This document shows positions 10,005 through 18,378 of a DNA stretch of 60,098 bases, in pieces. Position 1 is the stretch's first letter. Each line of letters opens with the position of its first letter. The notes beneath the pieces were generated by a model that saw nothing but the letters and a program-made list of their open reading frames with translations, had not been told where the DNA came from and did not search any database. A program made the translations under genes and the position numbers. The stretch is from NCBI GenBank assembly GCA_030431555.1, contig JAUIIP010000002.1:1-60098 (forward strand), in the 5' to 3' direction. Source of the DNA: a bacterium. Its GTDB lineage: Bacteria > Bdellovibrionota_C > UBA2361 > SZUA-149 > JAGRAN01.

Positions 10005-10475
10005 ATGAGTCAGATAGCTAAGTTGGCACCAAAGTTAATAATGAGCGTTTTACTTGTCGGCCTTACGAGCTGCTCAAGTCAAGTGTTCGACAACCTTAAC
10101 CCATACGCCGAGGAAGGTGTACCGATGGGCGAACGCAACTCGAATGCGCTGCGCGATGAAGTCGGCGGCGGCAGCGGAGGCGGAGCTGAGAAGGCGCGTC
10201 ATGCTCTTGAGGTTATGGGCAGCTATCGTCGAGCTCAAGCACCGCAGCCGACATACCCCGTGGTTCAACCTGCCGAAGTGCGACTAATGTGGGTGCCCGA
10301 CCACCTGAACCGCACGGGCGACCTTGTTCCGGCTCACTACTATTACCTTAAAGTCTTAAACGACCGCTGGGCAGTCCAAGACGCGTTTGATCTTGAAAGG
10401 CAGCTCAACGAGGGATCCAGCACAAATTCGTCAGCAACTCCTTGGGTGGAGCCTGGCAGCACCGGACCACAGTAA
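10005..10475 (+). CDS. TraV/VirB7-like outer-membrane lipoprotein
   Basis: Lipobox LVGLTSC. AEVRLMWVPDHLNRTGDLVPAHYYYLKVLNDRW resembles the TraV C-terminal motif. Syntenic position before TraC. Confidence 0.55.
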   Translation: MSQIAKLAPKLIMSVLLVGLTSCSSQVFDNLNPYAEEGVPMGERNSNALRDEVGGGSGGGAEKARHALEVMGSYRRAQAPQPTYPVVQPAEVRLMWVPDHLNRTGDLVPAHYYYLKVLNDRWAVQDAFDLERQLNEGSSTNSSATPWVEPGSTGPQ

Positions 10476-10495
10476 TTCAGGAGATCGCAGGCAAG

Positions 10496-10960
10496 ATGCA
10501 CAGAGGTTTTACGGCAATAATTCTTAGCTCAGTTTTGTGCTGTTCCTGCAGCAGCTATAAGGAGCCTGAGCCTATAGACGAGTATTACGAGGTGCCGTTT
10601 CGCCAATTGCCGCCTGAACCGGTCTACAGCCGACTGACATGGAGTCATCCGCCGCAGCCAATCCCGGCACCTTCTCAACAAAAATCTCCGTATATTCAAC
10701 CAGTTATAGAATTCGACTTTCCTGGCTCAAATCTTAAAGAAGCAATCCAGGCTCTTGCGCAGACTATAGGATACAGGTGGGATTATCCGCCAGGCGTTGC
10801 TTCGCGAAAGGTCTCGATTAAGCAAGTTGGCACAGTAGACGAGATTTTGAGCGAGATTGGAAGGCAGGCTGGAGTACGGACACAGCTGGACCATACTAGT
10901 AGAATGGTACGGGTATTACATTCGAACACCAGCCCGCAGCTGCCTAATGGCGGCAACTGA
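10496..10960 (+). CDS. Lipoprotein with an STN/TcpQ (PilL-like) domain
   Basis: I moved the start to the ATG at 10496 (AGGAG 12 nt upstream). Cys-rich lipobox-like SVLCCSCSS. The C-terminus NLKEAIQALAQTIGYRWDYPP...VSIKQVGTVDEILSEIGRQAGVRTQLD fits the STN/TcpQ pattern. Confidence 0.45.
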   Translation: MHRGFTAIILSSVLCCSCSSYKEPEPIDEYYEVPFRQLPPEPVYSRLTWSHPPQPIPAPSQQKSPYIQPVIEFDFPGSNLKEAIQALAQTIGYRWDYPPGVASRKVSIKQVGTVDEILSEIGRQAGVRTQLDHTSRMVRVLHSNTSPQLPNGGN

Positions 10961-11002
10961 GATAAGGTTTTCTAGGTTCGCTAAGGTTGGTGAAAAAAGA
11001 AT

Positions 11003-13726
11003 ATGAGTATTACACGGCTTACACGACAACGGCTCTATGACGACGAGGCGCTGTTTAACGAACTGCTTCCGTATGTCAAATGGGACGACAGGAATCAAGT
11101 GTTCGTACATTCGGACGCGTCGCTGTGGTCCGTCTGGCAGCTGAGCCCACTTCTACTTACGTCGACCTCCGACGCTTATGCTTTTCAAACCTGCGCAACA
11201 ATTCAAGAACTGATCGACTCACTCGATCAACGGATCTCACTTCAGTTTAACTGGATAACTACTTACGACGTAGAAGATATCCTTGACCGCTGCATCCACG
11301 ATTATCCGAAAGACGGAGTTGCTGGATGGATGGGTCGGCGCTGGGTAAAGATGATTCGCTCCGGCTCCAAGTCCACCGAATACGGCAGACGGGTTAAAAA
11401 GCGGCGCCTGCTTGCATGCTTTCGCTACGACCCACCATGGAGCGGACGCACACCAATCGATGAGCTCAAAGATTCGATCCGCGTGCTCCTGCAGGGCCCG
11501 CGAGATCCCAACGAAGAGAACGACAGAACTGAAGAGTTCACGCGCTTCGTAGACAAGTTTCAAGGTGAAATTGAAGGTAAGATTACTCGATTCGCAGATA
11601 TGGGTTTCCGTCCTATCCGAATTGACGGACAAGCGCTGATAGATCTGCTTTACCCGATCTTAAACCGCCGCAGCACGAAAGGCGGAAAATTCAAGCGTGG
11701 GCGGTACAACGCCGTGCCTACTCCTGAATATGATCCGGATGATATTTTATCGAACCAGATTTCAGATACTCCTGCTTACCACCCGGAAGACGGTTACATG
11801 GTAAAAGACGGAAGAGTCTTTCACTGCGTGAGCATGGTGAAACCGCCCAAGCAGTGCCTTCCGTTAATGACGATTGCACTGCAGAGTGTTCCCGTTGAGT
11901 CTATTTTGTCGGTAACCTTTTCAAGAGATCCGATTGAGCAGCAGCTCAAGCGCCTCAACCAGCTCGACAGCACCTTGGGTATGCGCGAGCGTTCGCCGCT
12001 GGGCAGAACGAACCAGAAGGTACTGCACCAAATTGCGACCGTGCGGCAAGCTCGAGAAGAATTGTATTCTAACCGCTCGCAGATCGTAAGAGTCGGCGTG
12101 CACCACGTTCAAATTACTCAAACTCTCGACGAGGCGCGTCGAGCTGCGAGTGAAGTTTTAGCGCTGTTCCCGTCGCTAAACGGAGCACGAGGAATGTCGC
12201 ACATGATCAGCGACCTTGGAGTTATACTCCATGCACTCCCCGCGTCCTACGATCCGTCGACCGACGGACCTGGCTGGACCGCGATGATGCGCTCCTCTCG
12301 AGCTGCGAGGCTCTTTCCACTGTGGGGAAACTGGAGCGGCAGCAAAAACCATCTATTCGTTCTACCTAGCTTGTGGAACCGCGAATTGGTGCATTTCGAT
12401 CTGTATGATTCAAACGTCGCACCGAACGTCATTATCAGTGGGGTGTCGGGTGCTGGTAAGAGTTACCTGCTCAACTTCTTGATCATTACAATGAACCGCG
12501 GCCATTTTTCGGAAAAGCCTGACGGCACAAGAATTCCGAAGCCTGCAATTACTTTCATCTTTGACAAAGGGATGCCTAACCAGCCCTGCGGATTTGAGCG
12601 CGTAGCAAAACTTTTCGGAGGTCTCGTCTATCAAGCGACTCCTTCTCGCGCTCCGGCAATGAACTTCCTGAGCCGCCTCGGCGATATGGATCCCGACAAA
12701 ACCGACGAAGACTTTAAAGATATTTTTGATGTCTGCGTTGATATTATTTGCGACATGGCCACGGAACAAAACACCGTGCTCGGCCGAGTGCAGCGCAACG
12801 AGATAATCGAATCCCTAACGGAAGCGCACTATCGCTATCGCCACGGAGCGCGGGAGCGTGAGTTTTTACTGCGCGACATTATGAAAGTTCTGAAGGAGCC
12901 GCCGCGCCCGAACGAAACTGAAGATAACTTCAGAATGCGCCAAGAGATCTCAATTCTTATGCGGGAATTCTATGGCGACGGAACCTATGCACGGTTCTTC
13001 GACCGCGCCGGAAGTTTGGAACTCGATCGCCGCTTCATCGTGTTTGATCTCAAAGGCCTCAGCCGAAACCCGGATCTCCAACGAGTATTTCTCAAAGTAG
13101 CGATGCTCTGGGCTGACAACGTCATGAATGACCCGGTTGAGCTTGATACTAGAAAGCTATTGGTATTTGACGAAGCACATGATCTGGTCGGTAAGACCGC
13201 CGCCGGTGTTGTTGAAGCAGCTTTCCGGCTCTACCGTAAACGAAAGGGTATCGTAATCGCCGCGTCACAGTCCGGTGAGGACTTTTACGTCGGGGAAGGC
13301 GGGCAGGCAATTATTCAGAACAGCTCGCACAAAATATTCCTGCGCCAAGACCCGTCTAAATTTCACCTAACTGCTCAGGCGTTTAACTTAAACCCACAGC
13401 AGGCTGAAACAATAATGCGCTTAAACACCGTAAAAGGCGTCGAGTCGCAGTTCTTTCTTCTTTCGGACATCGGAGAGGCTGCATTAGTTTTACCGCTTGA
13501 GCCGTCGTTCTACTGGGTATCAACCAACAACGGTGACGACAACCAATTGTTCGCAGCCCTGCTCGATGAGTGCGACGGCGACTTTGTTGCAGCCCTGCGT
13601 CGGGCGGTTGAAATTGCACCCAACGGAGCCGAAGATTTCGCACGACGACGACGCGAAATGGAGCGCGTAGTTGAAGATGAATCAGAAGGAAGATCTCTGG
13701 ACCTTAGAAGCGGTTTAGTAGCTTAA
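11003..13726 (+). CDS. traC: TraC/VirB4-family T4SS ATPase
   Basis: 907 aa. F-type TraC-like N-terminus (FNELLPYVKWDDRNQVFVHSDASLWSVWQLSPL). Walker A GVSGAGKS, Walker B LLVFDEAHD. Confidence 0.9.
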   Translation: MSITRLTRQRLYDDEALFNELLPYVKWDDRNQVFVHSDASLWSVWQLSPLLLTSTSDAYAFQTCATIQELIDSLDQRISLQFNWITTYDVEDILDRCIHDYPKDGVAGWMGRRWVKMIRSGSKSTEYGRRVKKRRLLACFRYDPPWSGRTPIDELKDSIRVLLQGPRDPNEENDRTEEFTRFVDKFQGEIEGKITRFADMGFRPIRIDGQALIDLLYPILNRRSTKGGKFKRGRYNAVPTPEYDPDDILSNQISDTPAYHPEDGYMVKDGRVFHCVSMVKPPKQCLPLMTIALQSVPVESILSVTFSRDPIEQQLKRLNQLDSTLGMRERSPLGRTNQKVLHQIATVRQAREELYSNRSQIVRVGVHHVQITQTLDEARRAASEVLALFPSLNGARGMSHMISDLGVILHALPASYDPSTDGPGWTAMMRSSRAARLFPLWGNWSGSKNHLFVLPSLWNRELVHFDLYDSNVAPNVIISGVSGAGKSYLLNFLIITMNRGHFSEKPDGTRIPKPAITFIFDKGMPNQPCGFERVAKLFGGLVYQATPSRAPAMNFLSRLGDMDPDKTDEDFKDIFDVCVDIICDMATEQNTVLGRVQRNEIIESLTEAHYRYRHGAREREFLLRDIMKVLKEPPRPNETEDNFRMRQEISILMREFYGDGTYARFFDRAGSLELDRRFIVFDLKGLSRNPDLQRVFLKVAMLWADNVMNDPVELDTRKLLVFDEAHDLVGKTAAGVVEAAFRLYRKRKGIVIAASQSGEDFYVGEGGQAIIQNSSHKIFLRQDPSKFHLTAQAFNLNPQQAETIMRLNTVKGVESQFFLLSDIGEAALVLPLEPSFYWVSTNNGDDNQLFAALLDECDGDFVAALRRAVEIAPNGAEDFARRRREMERVVEDESEGRSLDLRSGLVA

Positions 13727-13733
13727 GAGAGGT

Positions 13734-14048
13734 ATGATGAAGCTCAACAAGATTCACACATTGCTTGCAGTCGGAGCTCTGGCGATGGGCTGCTCTAACG
13801 AAAAGCCACCAGCTCCACCGGAAACCCCGGTCGTCACTGAAGTAATCGCTCATGTTGACGAGAACAGGGTGCCGGGAACAATCGAGAACGCGTGGGAAGA
13901 GACAATGCACAACCAGGTGCAGGTCCCAGGCAAGCTTGACCCGACAGGCACCTACTACCGCCCCCCTCACAAGACAATTGTGGAGATTAGACCGGGGCGA
14001 GTGCAGCCTGTGCAGTTTCCGAACACCAAGGACGAGCAGCAGCGCTGA
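13734..14048 (+). CDS. Small lipoprotein (paralog A), TraV-motif-like
   Basis: Lipobox LAMGCSNE. The WEETM ... GTYYRPPHKTIVEIRPGR block is shared with the next gene. AGAGAGG SD. Confidence 0.6.
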   Translation: MMKLNKIHTLLAVGALAMGCSNEKPPAPPETPVVTEVIAHVDENRVPGTIENAWEETMHNQVQVPGKLDPTGTYYRPPHKTIVEIRPGRVQPVQFPNTKDEQQR

Positions 14049-14074
14049 GAAAAGTGATTTGAGGATTGAAAGGG

Positions 14075-14407
14075 ATGAATATCATGGCCGGCATGCGTAG
14101 AACTCTAACAATTTTGTCCATGACGATTATGTTGTTTTCTATCGGCTGCTCCAATAAGGAGCTGCCGGAGCCGCGGGAATACGTGGAAGCACCAGCGCCT
14201 AAAGTTAGCGTTGGCTCTCAGCCGGCTGAGGTGCCGCCCGGCGTGGTTCGCTACTGCTGGGAGGAGCCTATGGTAACTTTTGAGCAAAACGGCCCCGGAA
14301 TTGATCAAGAAGGGCATTGGTATCACCCTTCCTATATTGCCGTGCGGCAAGTAAGATCAGGGAAGTGGCGGCCGTGCGAAGCAGAAATTGAACGTGAAGT
14401 GCGTTAG
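14075..14407 (+). CDS. Small lipoprotein (paralog B)
   Basis: Start moved to the ATG at 14075 (GAGGA 9 nt upstream). Lipobox FSIGCSNK. WEEPM ... GHWYHPSYIAVRQVRSGKW is parallel to paralog A. Confidence 0.6.
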   Translation: MNIMAGMRRTLTILSMTIMLFSIGCSNKELPEPREYVEAPAPKVSVGSQPAEVPPGVVRYCWEEPMVTFEQNGPGIDQEGHWYHPSYIAVRQVRSGKWRPCEAEIEREVR

Positions 14408-14428
14408 CGTTAAGCACGAGGAGAAGTC

Positions 14429-14863
14429 ATGAACGTAAATAAGGTTGTTAGTTTCTTACTACTCCGACCGGCGTTCACAGGCAGAAATGTGACGTCGCTT
14501 GGACTGGTTGCTCTGTTTTTTGCTGTATATGTTGCAGCAGGTGGAAAAATAACCACTGTACCGACGATGAAAACCGGCGGGTCTTTTGGCAGCGTCGAAA
14601 ACGTCGTAACCGACAAGAAAGACGCAGAGACAACTGCCGCTCAAAGCGAAAACAGCGCCGCCCAGCCTACCGGCCAAGCTGTATCGACGAGAATCGATTC
14701 GCTGTTTGGCTCGAGCGGAAACGCGGGTTCTTCGGCTAACACTCGTCCCGCTGCGGACAAAGCTCCCGCGGCGGTAAAGCCTGCGGCCGGCGGCGATAAA
14801 GGGCTCGATGACATAGAGGCAAGATTAAAAGGTCTTGGCTCGACTAGAGGGAACAGGCAGTGA
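14429..14863 (+). CDS. Bitopic membrane protein with a disordered Ala/Ser/Gly-rich C-terminal half
   Basis: GAGGAG lies 6 nt upstream. One TM (LGLVALFFAVYVAAGG). No known domain recognised. Confidence 0.55.
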   Translation: MNVNKVVSFLLLRPAFTGRNVTSLGLVALFFAVYVAAGGKITTVPTMKTGGSFGSVENVVTDKKDAETTAAQSENSAAQPTGQAVSTRIDSLFGSSGNAGSSANTRPAADKAPAAVKPAAGGDKGLDDIEARLKGLGSTRGNRQ

Positions 14864-15663
14864 ACGACGATTCGTTTGAAGCTGACGAATTTTTTCAATC
14901 AGGCAGTAGTTCGCAAACTACTGCCAGTCCGCGCAGCAGCACAGCTGCCGACAATTCCGCGCGCCCTCAACAGGAAAATCTAAGCCGCGATTACTCGGAT
15001 GTCCGCGATGACATTGACGACGATCGACCACTCGATTCTGAAGTAATAGAAGTTCACGGAACCGCCGAGAACATTCAGAAGGTCGGATCGCCTACCGAGA
15101 ACCGCGATCGAGCACCCATCCGATATTATTTTTATCCAACATGGCGCTCGCAGCTTTTCCCGCTTCTTGGATTCGGCGTCCTTTGCATCCTTGCCGTAGT
15201 CGGCTCAAAGTACCTTACGTGGACCATCATCGCTGGCGAACTGCTTTCAATCGGCAGCACGACTTACTATTTGCACTTGCCGTTACTGGCCCTTCTGCCC
15301 GGGTTCTTTCTTGGTAAAATTCTGATCTATATCTACGACTCGAAATACATCATTGACGAGCGAGGCGTTGAAGCTCAAGTCGGACTAGTCTCTTTAAACC
15401 TTAGGCAGCCTAGACTGCGATACGAAGATATTCGCGGAGTCGAGCCGAACCAGACAATTCTTGAGAGAATTTTAGGTATCGGCAGTGTGCTGATCGGAAG
15501 CGCAATGACTCAAGATGTAGAAATTGTAATGGAAGGAGTAGCGAATCCAAGGGCGATTCAGCTTCTACTTCAAGGTGAACGTGATAAGAGGTTATCGCTG
15601 CTCAGCGGATCAGGCCGAGACAGCGAAGGCGCGAGGCAGGCGCTAGGTGTTACAGGTGATTGA
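14860..15663 (+). CDS. Membrane protein with a bacterial PH (bPH_2/YdbT-like) domain
   Basis: GTG start overlaps the upstream stop (GTGA). About three TM helices, then YIIDERGVEAQVGLVSLNLRQPRLRYEDIRGVEPNQTILERILGIGSVLIG, which is typical of bPH_2. Confidence 0.6.
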   Translation: MNDDSFEADEFFQSGSSSQTTASPRSSTAADNSARPQQENLSRDYSDVRDDIDDDRPLDSEVIEVHGTAENIQKVGSPTENRDRAPIRYYFYPTWRSQLFPLLGFGVLCILAVVGSKYLTWTIIAGELLSIGSTTYYLHLPLLALLPGFFLGKILIYIYDSKYIIDERGVEAQVGLVSLNLRQPRLRYEDIRGVEPNQTILERILGIGSVLIGSAMTQDVEIVMEGVANPRAIQLLLQGERDKRLSLLSGSGRDSEGARQALGVTGD

Positions 15664-15678
15664 TAAAGGTTTGTTGTT

Positions 15679-17706
15679 GTGGACGGTAAGAAAAAGAAGA
15701 TTTTAGCCATAGTCGCCGGAGTTGTAGTACTCGGCTTCGCAGCGAGCAGCGCTTTAGGCTCCGGCACCAAAGGTCAGGGCGAACAGCGCGCACCTGGATC
15801 AGGCGCTCCTGCCATAAACAGTCAGTTTGGTGCAAGCGGCGAATCCTTGGACACTGACGAAGTCCTGATTAGGCTTGCAAGCTACGAGCAGCGCATTCTG
15901 AACCTGGAACAGGAGGAACGTCCGAACGTAATGGTTCCTACCGCCAATGCGCTCAGTAGCTACCGCGGTGGAGAGACGGTAGCGAGTGTCGAGGACAGAA
16001 TCGCCAAGAACCAGCAGACGCGCGGTGAAGCAGTTTCTCTCGCGGAACATAAAATGATCAAAAAGCAGCTCCGCCAGCGAATCGAAGAGCTGGAGACGGC
16101 TCTGCAAACCTCGGAAGAGCTGATTGTCGAGCTAAAGAAGGTGCGACCTTCGACGGCTCAGCTGAAAGGTTTCGCTGAAGAGCGCGCAAAAAACCGAGAA
16201 ATCATCACAAAGCTGACGGAAAAGATTAGCGAACTTGAGCGCGACATAAACCAGCCTCGGGTTCACGATATCGATTCAGCCGACTCGCGCATGAAAGCAG
16301 AGCTCGCCGAGGCGCAAAAGGAAATCATGAAGCTCACCGATCAGCGAAACAGGTTGATTGACAGGATGCGCGCAATGAAGGCGGAAACGACTCAGCATCG
16401 CGAAGCCTCAGAATCCGAACAACGCACCGTTTCCCGCCTTAAGTCCGAACTTCGCCAGGTTCAGGACGAATATAAAGCGAAAGAAGATCAGTTGCGCGCT
16501 TACGAACGACAACTCAATGACTACGAACGCGTCCAGCAGGAACTGGCTTCCACCAACAGTAAGCTCGCGGAAGCACAGCGTGGCAACGAGGCTTTAAAAT
16601 CAGAAATTGCCAGACTCAGCACAGCTACCGAGAACAATGCCTACTTGCGAAAAGAGCTGGAGACAGCCCAAAACGAGTTAAAAGAGCTAAGGATAGAAAC
16701 TCGTTCGAGCAAAGCCAAGCTAAGCAGTCTGACATCGAAGACTGAACGCATCGAACCGGCGCTGGAGAAAGCTCAAGCTGAAAACACAGAGCTTCGCGAA
16801 CGAAGTGCAAAAATGAAAGCACATTTGGCTGAGCTCAAGAGCAGACAGGAGGATTTCGAGAAAACACTTGCAACCCTCCGGGAGCAAAACTCTCAACTCA
16901 CTGAGTCATCTTCAACCAGAGAGCAGGAAGTAGCGACACTTAAGCAGTGGTTAAAGTCGTTAAGAGACGAAAAGCGTTCTCTTGAAACTGACAAGCAAGA
17001 CCTTTCTTCCAAGCTGGACAAAGCAACCGAAGCTCTTCGTGCTCTCAAAGAGAAGGTTGACAAGACGGATGAGATCATTGCCTCGAAAGAAGAAGAGTTA
17101 GGCAACACGACTCGTCAACTTAGCCGCACTATTCAGGACGCCAAACAGCTTGAGCAAAAGCTTGAAGACAAAGACAAGGCGCTTGCGCGAATACCGGAGC
17201 TGGAACGAGAACTTATCGATGCCAGAAACCAGCTGCTGCTCAAAGAAACTGAGCTTGCTAGGCTGAGTGGAGCAGGTAAAGTCGACCGCGCTCTGGTCAG
17301 TCCCCCGGCACGAAAGCCGGCAGACTCCGTGGGTATTCGACCTGCAGCAGATGTTTTGATAGTCGAGATCATTCCTCGCAAGGTTAATTTGCGAGTAGGT
17401 CCCGGGCAAGAACACTCGCCGCTGATGCAGCTGAGACAGGGATCGCGACTTACCGTTGAGAACAGACAAGGCGACTGGTATCGCGTAATGACGCCCGAAG
17501 GAAAACGAGCCTACATAAGGGCGGATGTCGTCCGTCCGGTTAACTCGCCGGCTCCCGCTCAGCGCGCAGGCGCACGGGGTCAGATTGGCACTTCCAAGAT
17601 GGAGCCGTTCGGCACTGTCAACCGCTCTCGAGGCGCTGTTAAAGAAACTTCCGACGAGGAGACCCAGGCGCTGGATTATTTGCGTTCGTCCATGCAGGGC
17701 CGTTAA
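15679..17706 (+). CDS. N-terminally anchored long coiled-coil protein with a C-terminal SH3b domain
   Basis: 675 aa. TM ILAIVAGVVVLGFAA, then ~450 aa of heptad-like E/K/L/Q-rich sequence. C-terminal VNLRVGPGQEHSPLMQLRQGSRLTVENRQGDWYRVMTPEGKRAYIRADVV is SH3_3-like. Confidence 0.65.
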   Translation: MDGKKKKILAIVAGVVVLGFAASSALGSGTKGQGEQRAPGSGAPAINSQFGASGESLDTDEVLIRLASYEQRILNLEQEERPNVMVPTANALSSYRGGETVASVEDRIAKNQQTRGEAVSLAEHKMIKKQLRQRIEELETALQTSEELIVELKKVRPSTAQLKGFAEERAKNREIITKLTEKISELERDINQPRVHDIDSADSRMKAELAEAQKEIMKLTDQRNRLIDRMRAMKAETTQHREASESEQRTVSRLKSELRQVQDEYKAKEDQLRAYERQLNDYERVQQELASTNSKLAEAQRGNEALKSEIARLSTATENNAYLRKELETAQNELKELRIETRSSKAKLSSLTSKTERIEPALEKAQAENTELRERSAKMKAHLAELKSRQEDFEKTLATLREQNSQLTESSSTREQEVATLKQWLKSLRDEKRSLETDKQDLSSKLDKATEALRALKEKVDKTDEIIASKEEELGNTTRQLSRTIQDAKQLEQKLEDKDKALARIPELERELIDARNQLLLKETELARLSGAGKVDRALVSPPARKPADSVGIRPAADVLIVEIIPRKVNLRVGPGQEHSPLMQLRQGSRLTVENRQGDWYRVMTPEGKRAYIRADVVRPVNSPAPAQRAGARGQIGTSKMEPFGTVNRSRGAVKETSDEETQALDYLRSSMQGR

Positions 17707-17723
17707 AATAGCCTATAGGACAT

Positions 17724-18224
17724 ATGCTGTTTAGAGGTTTTTTAATTGCAGCGCTCTGCTGCCCAGTCATCCTATTTCAGCCTGCGTTCGCGGCAGCGGA
17801 TCCACCTATTGCCAGTTCAGTAGTTTTTCCAATCTTAAATCCGAGACTATCCAGCAAATTCGGCTCGAGGCGGCATCCGATCAAGCACACCAAGCGTCAT
17901 CACAATGGAGTTGATTTGGCGGCACCGGAAAACAGTCATGTGCGCGCAATTGCTAGCGGTAGAGTCATATTTGCCGGCGTATACTCCGGATACGGTAAGC
18001 TTGTGTCGATCGATCATGGCGGAGGCTATGTTTCGATGTATGGGCATCTCCGTGAAATCCGCATTAACATCGGAGAGAAGGTCAAAGCCGGCGATTTGAT
18101 CGGGCGCGTTGGAAGCACTGGTCTGGCAACCGGACCACACCTACACTTCGAGTGGCGAAAAAACGGGAAGCCACTGGACCCGCTCAAAGCCTTCCCCTTC
18201 TTCACCGCCGAAGCCAAAGGGTGA
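17724..18224 (+). CDS. M23/LytM-family peptidoglycan endopeptidase
   Basis: Signal peptide. Catalytic motifs HHNGVD (HxxxD) and GPHLHFE (HxH) are intact. Confidence 0.85.
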   Translation: MLFRGFLIAALCCPVILFQPAFAAADPPIASSVVFPILNPRLSSKFGSRRHPIKHTKRHHNGVDLAAPENSHVRAIASGRVIFAGVYSGYGKLVSIDHGGGYVSMYGHLREIRINIGEKVKAGDLIGRVGSTGLATGPHLHFEWRKNGKPLDPLKAFPFFTAEAKG

Positions 18225-18378
18225 CAGTTCCAACCGTCCCCTTTTATCGAGCTCTACGTCACTTTGAGGCGCACTACAGCCACGCAAACCGTGACAGTTC
18301 CAACCGTCCCCTTTAATTCAGCTCTCCCTCGCGCTGAGGTGAACTACAGTCGGAAAAGGGGACAGTTGGAACTGTCAC
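18221..18378. repeat. Composite repeat: two ~70-nt imperfect direct units, each starting with the 24-mer GTGACAGTTCCAACCGTCCCCTTT (18221-18244, 18291-18314), plus an inverted copy (18355-18378, one mismatch)
   Basis: Read directly from the sequence. The second direct copy and the inverted copy can form a ~24-bp stem with a ~40-nt loop. The element overlaps the M23 stop codon and encodes the last ~21 aa of the convergent minus-strand ORF. Confidence 0.85.

Larger units (their letters stand above)
1..18224. mobile_element. Conjugation-type (F/G-like) type IV secretion locus. It may be part of an integrated conjugative element or a domesticated T4SS. The left end runs off the window.
   Basis: Contiguous T4CP plus a TraL/E/K/B/V/C-like gene order. 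No integrase, relaxase or att-linked tRNA is visible, so mobility is unproven. Confidence 0.4.

Noticed and set aside
18221-18378. Possible CRISPR array or tRNA-linked att site at the repeat element
   Set aside because: There are only two direct copies plus one inverted copy, and the intervening sequences are themselves similar, so they are repeat units rather than spacers. No cas genes and no tRNA are nearby.
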